This document shows, piece by piece, positions 51,740-61,700 of a DNA stretch of 64,000 nucleotides; the first letter of the stretch is position 1, and each line of letters begins with the position of its first letter. The notes below the pieces were generated by a model. That model was not told where the DNA came from, made no database searches, and worked only from the letters and a program-made list of their open reading frames with translations. This stretch comes from Antechinus flavipes (lineage: Eukaryota), in assembly GCF_016432865.1 (NCBI RefSeq), contig NC_067401.1, positions 38,254,001 to 38,318,000 on the forward strand, in the 5' to 3' direction. A program made the position numbers and the translations under genes.

Positions 51740-52000
51740 CAGGAGAGAGGAAGTTCTTATTGTTGTGGTTGAATGATTTTCCAATAGTGCCAAAACCTTA
51801 GTGACCCCATTTGGGGTTTTCTTGGCAAAGATACTAGTTCATCATTTCCTTCTCCAGCTCATTTGACAGATGAAAAAACTGAGACGAACAAGGGTAAATG
51901 ACTTACCCAAAATCACATAGTTGATAAGTGTCTGAGGCCAGATTTAAATTCAGGGACTCCACACAAGAGGAGGAGTGCTCTATCCACTGCTCTACCTACT
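51740..52000 (-). mobile_element. Mar1-like marsupial SINE in intron 2 of gene 2 (absent from gene 1)
   Basis: 'gaccccatttggggttttcttggcaaagatac...catttccttctccagctcatttgacagatgaaaaaactgag...gacttacccaaaatcacatag'. Confidence 0.75.
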
Positions 52001-52670
52001 TCCCTGAGAGGGAGGGAAAACTGAGGTCAAACTCTACTTCAGACATTTACTAGCTGTGTGATCCTGAGCAAGCTACTTAACAAGTCTCAGCTTCAGTCTT
52101 TTTTATCTGTAAAATGGGAGAGAATAGCATCTCCCTTATAGGAGTATTGGGATACACATATATCTATATGTGTATATTCAGAAAGAACATATATAAAGTG
52201 CTTTGCACTCTCAAAGAAGTATATAAAATCCTAGTTAACACTTGCTTCTAATTAGTAGGAAGCAAAAAAATTCACATAATCAATATTCCATCTGAGTCCT
52301 GTAAAGAGCATTCTAAAATTAAATACAGCAATGATAATATCTGATGTTTAGTGAGGTAATAGATAATGAGCCAGCCTTGAACCCCAAAATCTGTATCCAA
52401 TTCCTCACTAATACATATAAGCTGTGTGATCCTAGACAAATCACATAACTTCTAAGTACTAAAAGCAACTAAGACTATGTATGTACCAATCTCTGTATTG
52501 GTAGAGGAGACGATAGTCTACCTATTCATTGAAAGCACACATTCTGGAGAACTAATTGGTGGAATAGATAGAGCAAAGGCCCTATAGTCAGAAGGACCTG
52601 AGTTCAAAGCCGTTCTCAAATATTTACTAGCTGTGTGACCCTCGACAAGTCATTTAATCATGATTGCCTC

Positions 52671-52810
52671 TGAAAGGAAGGAAGGAAAGAGGGAAGAAGG
52701 GAAGAAGGGAGGGAAGGAATGAGGAAAGGAGAGAGGGAGTGAGAGAGGAAAAAGGGGAGGAAGGAAGGAAATAAGAAAAGGAAGGAGGAAGGAAAAAGGG
52801 GAAGCAAGAA
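52671..52810 (+). repeat. Purine-rich (GGAA/GAGG) low-complexity tract, probably a SINE tail
   Basis: About 140 nt of almost pure G/A directly after a short core-SINE (~52555-52670). Confidence 0.85.
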
Positions 52811-53188
52811 AAACACATTCAGTAGTTTTCAAAGGGCAATAAAAAGATGAAGAGGAAAGTCAATCATATTTGTTGATTGGTGATTCCCAAAGACTTAATA
52901 CAAATTTAACCTATTGTTTCTGTTGAAATTATCATACTTCCATAAATAGTGTCTTATATACATTCATTCTCTTGCTCAACAGAATTCCCCCCTGATAACT
53001 AATGCTATTTGTTCCCTAAATATGACTGTCTACTGACAATGAACAGAGTAAGAGCAGGGTAGCAGGGACTAATTAGAGTCCATCTAGGTACAACTACATG
53101 CACCAGTGGCTAACACACCTTCATTTATTGGGGATGTAGTAATTTCAGATTCATTGGAGGTGTTTTTGCATCTTGCTTTTTTGTACAG

Positions 53189-56100
53189 AATCCAGGAGAT
53201 GCTGATACTGTGGATGTCTTCATGCTTAATATGGATCATGATCGTAACAGAAGAATAGATTTTACTGAGTTTTTGTTGATGATATTCAAGCTGACAATGG
53301 CATTCAACAAAACCTTCAAAGAAGAGTATTGTCATCATCATCATGAGGATCAGACTGAAGAAGAGGAAGAAGAACAAAAGGGGGGAGAAGCAGATGGACT
53401 GAAAAAAAGAAAAAATGAATCTAGGAAAAAGGCCCATCAGCAGCTTCTGAAGAAGGAGAAAGTCTCAGTAACCCTCAGTCCTCAAGCACAGGGAAATATA
53501 GTTCTGGCTCAGGCTCTGGCTCCAGACAGTCATCTAGCTCTGGTCAACATGGGTCAAGATCAGACCACTCATCAAGCAATAGAGGTCATGGATCTAATGT
53601 AGGTCAAGGTCATAGTTCCCATTCCCAGCAGTCCTCCAGCTCTGGCCAACATGGCTCACACTCAGATTCTGACTCAGAATCTGGCTCAGGTCAAACTTCA
53701 AGCTCTAAGCACCAGGGGTCTAGATCAGATCATTCCAGCTCTGGAAGACATGGTTCCAGAATCACTCATTCCTCCTCTCAGAGAAGACATAGGTCCAGCT
53801 CAGGTGAACAATCTGAAACTTCTCAAGATCAAGGACATAGTTCTAGCTCCCATCAATCCTCCAGCTCAGGGAAACATGGCTCTGGCTCCATCTCAGGCTC
53901 AGGTTCTGGCTCTGGCTCACAGTCATCTAGCTCAAAAAAACATGGCTCAAGCTCAGATTCTGGCTCTGGCTCCAGGCAATCATCTAGCTCTGGTCAATAT
54001 GGATCAAGATCAGATCATTCATCAAGCAACAGGGGTCATGGATCTACTGGAGGTCAAAGGCATAGTTCCCATACCCAGCAGTCCTCCAGCTCTGGCCAAC
54101 ATGGCTCACATTCAGATTCTGGCTCAGGCTCTAACTCTGCCTCTGAATTTGATTCAGAATGTGTCTCAGGTCAGTCCTCAAGCTCTAGGAAACAGGGTTC
54201 AAGATCAGGCCATTCCTCTAGGTCTGAGAGACATGATTCAGGCTCAGCTCAATCCTCTCAGAGAAGACACAGGTCCAGCTCAGGTGAGCAATCTGGAATT
54301 TCTCAAGACCGAGGACATAGTTCCCATCAGTCCTCTAGCTCTGGGAAACATGGCTCTGGTTCAGGCTCAGGCTCAGGCTCTAGGCAGTCATCTAGCTCTG
54401 GTCAACATGGGTCAAGATCAGACCACTCATCAAGCAATAGAGGTCATGGATCTAATGTAGGTCAAGGTCATAGTTCCCATTCCCAGCAGTCCTCCAGCTC
54501 TGGCCAACATGGCTCACACTCAGATTCTGACTCAGAATCTGGCTCAGGTCAAACTTCAAGCTCTAAGCACCAGGGGTCTAGATCAGATCATTCCAGCTCT
54601 GGAAGACATGGTTCCAGAATCACTCATTCCTCCTCTCAGAGAAGACATAGGTCCAGCTCAGGTGAACAATCTGAAACTTCTCAAGATCAAGGACATCGTT
54701 CCAGCTCCCATCAATCCTCCAGCTCAGGGAAACATGGCTCTGGCTCCATCTCAGGCTCAGGTTCTGGCTCTGGCTCACAGTCATCTAGCTCAAAAAAACA
54801 TGGCTCAAGCTCAGATTCTGGCTCTGGCTCCAGACAATCATCTAGCTCTGGTCAATATGGATCAAGATCAGATCACTCATCAAGCAAAAGGGGTCATGGA
54901 TCTAATGTAGATCAAGATCATAGTTCCCATTCCCAAAAATCCTCCATCTCTGGATCAGGTCAGGTCTCCTCTCAGAGAAAACATAGGTCTAACTCAGGTG
55001 AAGAATCAGGAAACCAGGGTTGTAGGGTAATTAGTTTCAGCTCCATTCAGCCTTCAAGTTCCAAGAATAATGGCTCTGACACTGCGGCAGGCTTTGGCCA
55101 GTCCTCTAGCACTAGTCAGTATGGCTCAGGATTAGGTCAGTCATCTACTAGAAAGGGACATGGATCTGGTTCACATGGCAAGATAGGTATTCCCATAGGA
55201 GAGGGGCAGAGTTCCAGTTCCCAGCAGTCTTCTGGCTCTGGCCAACATGGCTCATACTCAGATTCTGGCTCTGGCTCTAGGCAGTCATCTAGCTCTGGTC
55301 AACATGGGTCAAGATCAGATCATTCATCAAGCAATAGGGGTCATGGATCTAATATAGGTCAAGGTCACAGTTCCGGTTCCCAGCAGTCCTCCAGCTCTGG
55401 CCAACATGGCTCACAGTCAGATTCTGACTCAGAATATGGCTCAGATCAAGCTTCAAGCTCTAAGCGCCAGGGGTCTAGATCAGACCATTCTTCCAGGTCT
55501 GGGAAACACCAATCAGGCTCAGGTCACTCCTCCTCTCAGAGAAGTCATAGGTCCAGCTCAGGTGAGCAATCTGGAACTTCCCAAGATCAAGGACATAGTT
55601 CCAGCTCCCATCAGTCTTCTAGTTCTGGGAAACATGGCTCTGGTTCAGGTTCAGGCTCAGGCTCTGGCTCCAGACAGTCATCTAGCTCTGGTCAATATGG
55701 GTCAAGATCAGATCATTCATCAAGCAACAGGGGTCATGGATCTACTGGAGGTCAAAGGCATAGTTCCCATACCCAGCAGTCCTCCAGCTCAGGCCAACAT
55801 GGCTCACACTCAGATTCTGGCTCAGGCTCTAACTCTGCCTCTGAATCTGACTCAGAATATGACTCAGAATATGGCTCAGGTCAGTCCTCAAACTCTAGGC
55901 AACAGGGTTCAAGATCAGGCCATTCCTCCAGGTCTGGGAGACATGACTCAGGCTCAGCTCAATCTTCCTCTCAGAGAAGACACAGGTCCAGCTCAGGTGA
56001 GCAATCTGGAATTTCTCAAGATCGAGGACATAGTTCCCATCAGTCCTCTAGCTCTGGGAAACATGGCTCTGGTTCAGGCTCAGGCTCAGGCTCAGGCTCT

Positions 56101-56757
56101 AGGCAGTCATCTAGCTCTGGTCAACATGGGTCAAGATCAGATTACTCCTCAAGCAATAGGGGTCATGGATCTAATGTAGGTCAAGGTCATAGTTCCCATT
56201 CCCAGAAGTCCTCCAGCTCTGGCCAACATGGCTCACACTCAGATTCTGGCTCAGAATCTGGCTCAGGTCAAACTTCAAGCTCTAAGCACCAAGGGTCTAG
56301 ATCAGATCATTCCAGCTCTGGAAGACATGGTTCCAGAATCACTCATTCCTCCTCTCAGAGAAGACATAGGTCCAGCTCAGGTGAACAATCTGAAACTTCT
56401 CAAGATCAAGGACATCGTTCCAGCTCCCATCAGTCCTCCAGCTCAGGAAAACATGGCTCTAGCTCCAGCTCAGGCTCTGGCTCCAGGCAGTCCTCTAGCT
56501 CAGGAAAATATGGATCAGACTCTGGCTCTGGCTCTGGCTCTGGCTCCAAACAGTCCTCTACCTCTGGCCAATATGGATCAGATTCAGGTCAGTCATCAAG
56601 CAACAGGGGTCATGGAATTAGTCCACGTGACAAGATAGGTGTTGCTACAGGTGAAGGTCATAGATCCCATACTCAGCAGTCTTCCAGCTCTGGGCAACAT
56701 GCCTCTGAACATGGCTCAGATCAGCTTTCTCTGAAGAGAAAGCAGCAATATTTCTAA
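53189..56757 (+). CDS. SFTP gene 2, coding exon 3: EF-hand, short spacer, ~4 diverged Ser/Gly/His/Gln/Asp repeats. One -1 frameshift at ~53423-53437 (error or recent pseudogenisation)
   Basis: Acceptor ttgtacag|53189. Reads [42 protein letters not shown] translated the Ser/Gly frame by hand from 53425 to ...GSDQLSLKRKQQYF-TAA (56755-56757) and found no stop. Uncorrected, the S100 frame ends at TAG 53600-53602. Confidence 0.8.
53527..56700 (+). repeat. Diverged coding tandem repeats of gene 2 (~820-900-bp period with half-unit substructure)
   Basis: The anchor cagtcatctagctctggtcaacatgggtcaagatcaga occurs at 53527, 54385, 55282 and 56104 (intervals 858, 897, 822). Confidence 0.9.
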
Positions 56758-57831
56758 GAGTAGCCACATTCTAGTCCTAAAGGATCCATGTTCTCCCTCT
56801 TTTAATTAATCAGATTTGGTGGCCTATATCCTATACCTCCGTGATTCTTCTTTGATATATGGATCCACTTATGGGAGAGATCTATTCATTTTTTTGCTTT
56901 GCCTTTTTGACAATTATATGACCTGAGCCTATCATAACACTTTTTTTCTGGGGTTAGAGAAATCCTTTTTAAAATTCTTCTGTTCTATGTAGAATTTTAT
57001 GCTTTTCTTCCTATTTGCTTTTGATTTCTTTTAGCTATATCATTTAGTAATATAGCTTGTTGTTTACTTGATTAGCTAATCAAGAGGGGAATAAATGAAA
57101 GAAGGTAAACACAGTCAGGGATTGATTGGAAAGCCAAATTAGGAAGTGTTTGGGGTATTTGGTATAACAATGGCACTTTTCTTCATTTGAGAACTTGACT
57201 TATGAAACACCTTTGTGATTGTGAATTGATATTATGGGCAATCAATAATCTCTAAGGAGCTAAAAGATAGTTGAATAGATTCCTGGTCTTTAATTGCAAA
57301 ATCATACTTCCAGTCCTATGTTCCAGATAGAATGCTATACTGTGGGAATAAGTATTAAGATTATAAAAGCAGGGAAGCATCTTCAGTACTTTTGAAGTTC
57401 ACAATGGTGATAAAACCCTGATTCCTTAGAGTATTTTCATAAGAAAACCAACAATCTTTAAGAGAATTTGGAATTATGCCCTTCTCCCTCAGAAACAGAT
57501 GAAAAGAGGTAGTTGAGAGGTAGTAATGTCTCCCATTTTGATCCAAAGAGCAAAATTATGGGCACTAACAACATTAAAGAATGTGCATTTAGAAACTATT
57601 GTAAATTTGAAATCTAGGGAATAATTTCTTCAACTTCTGACTTTAGACTACCTCGTCCTTTCACCAAACGTTACACTTAAGAGAATGGTATCTATGAGGA
57701 GAAGGGAAGAGAAAATGTACATTATTATTGTGAAGCTCTTATAATTGGCTATAATAAATTCAAGATTATTGACTCTTAATTGTTATAGGACATTTGATAA
57801 ATTTTTAAAATTGAATTTCAACATAATTAAC

Positions 57832-57837
57832 AATAAA
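57832..57837 (+). terminator. Probable polyadenylation signal of gene 2 (AATAAA)
   Basis: Lies in a block homologous to 35930-36560, followed by tgtgtatcttctctg. Confidence 0.65.
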
Positions 57838-58404
57838 CAATTGATTATCAAATAATATGATGTGTATCTTCTCTGCTTCAAAATAATAGTCAAAAAATAT
57901 TGATTCTGTCCAACTGTGGAAAATAAAAGTTGGAAAACTGGAGGAGTGCAAAGCAATACCAGGTAGCTAGTTATAAGACATGAGTCATGATCTTCCAGAG
58001 AGAAAGGTCATGAAAAAATTCATCTAAGAGTAATTTTTTTCACACATAATATAGTACATACATGTATCCAAATGGGTCCGCACATTACTCAGCTGCAGGA
58101 TACTTAGCCTTGGGGACATTTGCAGCAGAGGAAGAGAGAAAAGACAAAGAATGAGAAGGCAAAAAGCAATTTTTAAAAAAAGAAATAAAACTCACAAGCA
58201 TAAAAAAATGAATAAAAATTCATGGAAGACAGGAAACATATAACATGTGTCTGTGTTTGTATGCATATGTACATATACATATTATATGTGTATGTATAAT
58301 GAAAAATTAACCCAAAATTGCCGATGAACAAAAGATATAGCTGTAGCTTCCCTAAAAATCATCATAAAAGAGTAAGATAATCTAGTATTGTTCCAAGTAG
58401 AACA

Positions 58405-58758
58405 ACATTTTTTTTCTTTTTTTATTTAGTTTCTTTTAAATTTATGGAATAAAACAAACATTTCCATAAAATAGCATGATAAATTGCACATAAAACCACA
58501 AATCTATTATGTACAACTTGCTATTCCTTTTAAATATATAGTAATGTAATCAAGGAAATTTGTCCATCCCTCACTGTAAAGATGGCAACTATTAGACAGA
58601 AATATGTATTCCATGTAATATCATTTGATACAGACTTCTATTAATCATTTTTCCTCTGGATGCAGATAGAATCTTCCTTCATGTGTCTTTGTGGTTAGAG
58701 TATTTATAAAAGTCAAAATGATTCATTCACTAAAAATTGTTCTTAAAACAATATTGCT
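58405..58758 (-). mobile_element. Old L1 3'-end fragment, reverse strand, abutting the large L1
   Basis: T-rich tail then 'aatttatggaataaaacaaacatttccat...aaatctattatgtacaacttgctattcc', the reverse complement of the L1 ends at ~37300-37450 and ~48360-48510. Confidence 0.7.
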
Positions 58759-61700
58759 GGGACTTCTGGCCAAGATGGTGGAGAGGAGGCACACATCTCC
58801 ATAAGCTCCGCGTTTTCTCTCAAAATTCATTTCATGACAAGCCTCTGAATTAATGCTTGACTGAAAAAAAAAACCCACAAATAATTACCAAGAGAGGATA
58901 TCCTTGAAATTTGCCAGGAAAGATCTGTTTTTGCTGGAGGGCAAGGATGGTTTTAGATCAGGCACAGGCTGAGAGCAGGCAGCAGCAGCGAGAGCAGGGT
59001 AGGCAGTTCACAGCTGAGCAGACCAGAATGGGGTGGAGTGTGATCTCAACTGTCTCTGCGGGGAGAGCTTTGGTACAGGATTGGATACTTTGCCCTGGCA
59101 GCAAGCCAGTAGACAAGCAGAGAAGCTAAAAACACAAGGGGTAAAGAATACAACCCTGAAAAGCTACAGTCTCTCAGGACCTGGCTACCCCTCCCCCACA
59201 GTGTCTCAGCATGCCCGCCCCCCCCCCAAAAAAAGCAGATTCTATTTGTTTTTCTTTTCTTTTTTTCTTTGCTAGTTTGTCTTTGGTTCTTCTCTGACAA
59301 AATGAACAATCTAGCAGCATCCACATTAAAGGATCAAAGGGCCTGGAATATGATATTGCAAAAGGCTAAGGAACTTGGTATGGAACCAAAAATAACTTAC
59401 CCAACCAGAATGAGTATCTTTTTCCAGGGAAGAAGATGGACATTTGATGAAATAAGTGAATTTCACCTATTCTTGATGAAAAAAATCACAACAAACAAAA
59501 GTTTGATCTACAATTATAGAACTCAAGAGAAACCTAAAAAGGTAAAAAGAAATCTTGGGAACTATATTTCTGCTATAAAGATATATAAAGAACACACGTA
59601 TACTTTGTTCTAGAAACTAGAGGTGGAAAGGAAATTGTATCAGAAAAAGGGTAAAGTGGGGATACTACATCTCATGAAGAGGCAAAGGAAACCTATTATA
59701 TCTGAGAGAAAGAATGGAGGGGGATGAATATAGTGTGTATATTACTGCCATCAGAATTGGCTTAAAGAGAAAAATTTTAGACATATTTGATTTATGATGA
59801 AACTTCTCCCACCTCATTGAAAAGTGGGAAGGGAAAAGTGAAAAGGGAAGGAATAAGCTAAGCGGAAGGGAATACGAAAACTGGGAGGGAAAGGGGTAAG
59901 ATAGGGGGAAGAACTCTAAGGTGAGAGGGGGAGGGATACTAAAAAGGGAGGGCTGTGAGAAGCAAGTGGTGCTCACAACTTTAATACTGGGGAGGGGGTT
60001 ATGGGGGAATGAAGGGAGAAAAGGATAAACAGGGGTTAACAAGAGGGCAAGTAATACAGAATTGGTCATTTTAACCATAATTGTGAATGGGGTAAACTCC
60101 CCCATAAAGAGGAAGCAGTTAGCAGAATGGATGAAAAGCCAGAATCCTACAATATGTTGTTTACAGGAAACACACCTGAAGCGGGGAGATACATGCAGAG
60201 TAAAGGAAAAAGGTTGGAGCAGAATCTACTATGCTTTAGGTGAAGTCAAAAAAGCGGGGGTAGCCATCCTGATCTCAGATCAAGCTAAAGCAAAAATTGA
60301 TCTAATTAAAAGAGATAAGGAAGGGCACTATATCTTGCTAAAGGGTAGCATAGATAATGAAGCAATATCAATATTAAACATATATGCACCAAATGGTGTA
60401 GCATCTAAATTCTTAAAAGAGAAATTAAAAGAGCTGTAAGAAGAAATAGACAGCAAAACTATAATAGTGGGAGATCTCAACCTTGCACTCTCAGAATTAG
60501 ATAAATCAAACCACAAAATAAATAAGAAAGAAGTCAAAGAGATAAATAGAATACTAGAAAACTGGATCTCTGGAGAAAACTAAATGGAGACAGAGAGGAG
60601 TACACTTTCTTCTCAACAATTCATGGAACCTATACAAAAATTGACCATATATTAGGATATAAAAACTTCCAACTCAAATGCAGTAAGGCAGAAATGGTAA
60701 ATGCATCTTTTTCAGACCATGATGCAGTGAAAATTACATTCAACAAAAAGCCAGAGGGAAACAGACCAAAAAATAATTGGAAACTAAATAATCTCATACT
60801 AAAGAATGATTGGGTGAAACAGCAAATCATAGACATAATTAATAACTTCACCCAAGAAAATGACAATAATGAGATGTCATACCAAAATGTGTGGGATGCA
60901 GTCAAGCAGTAATAAGGGGAAATATCTTTATATTCTTTATAGCCTTATTTTCATAAAATAGAGAAAGAGAAGGTCGATGAATTGGGCTTGCAACTAAAAA
61001 TGCTAGAAAAGGAACAAATTAAAAACCCCCAATCAAACACTAAACTTGAAATTCTAAAAATAAAAGGAGAGATTAATAAAATTGAAAGTAAACAAACTAT
61101 TGGATTAATTAATAAAATGAAGAGTTGGTTCTATGAAAAAACCAACAAAATAGACAAACCCTTAGTACATCTGATTTTAAAAAGGAAAGAAGAAAATCAA
61201 ATTGTTAGTCTTAAAAATGAAAAGGGAAAACTCGCCACTAACAAAGAGGAAATTAGAGCAATAATTAGGAATTACTTTGCCCAACTTTATGCCAATAAAT
61301 TTGACAACTTAAATGAAATGGAAGAATACCTTCAAAAATATAGTTTGCCCAGATTAACAGAGGAAGAAGTAAATGGACTAAACAGTACCATTTTAGAAAA
61401 AGAAATAGAACAAGCTATTTACCAACTCCCTAAGAAAAAATCCCCAGGACCAGATGGATTTACATGTGAATTCTACCAAACATTTAAAGAACAATTAATT
61501 CCAATACTATATAAACTATTTGAAAAAATAGGGATTGAAGGAGTCCTACCAAACTCCTTTTACGACACAGACATGGTACTGATACCTAAACCAGGTAGGT
61601 CAAAACCAGAGAAAGAAAATTGTAGACCAATCTCCCTAATGAATATTGATGCTAAAATCTTAAATAAAATATTAGCAAAAAGATTACAGAAAATCATCTG

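Noticed and set aside
53402-53437. Programmed -1 ribosomal frameshift joining the gene 2 S100 and repeat domains
   Set aside because: The canonical slippery heptamer A_AAA_AAT leads straight to TGA (53416) in the -1 frame. The usable G_AAA_AAG is a poor eukaryotic site, I saw no stimulatory structure, and gene 1 is simply in frame at the homologous position. A one-base error or mutation is more parsimonious.
53651-56638. ORFs 'MAHTQILTQNLAQV...' in gene 2
   Set aside because: Same shifted-frame shadow. They are broken by stops, while the Ser/Gly frame is continuously open.
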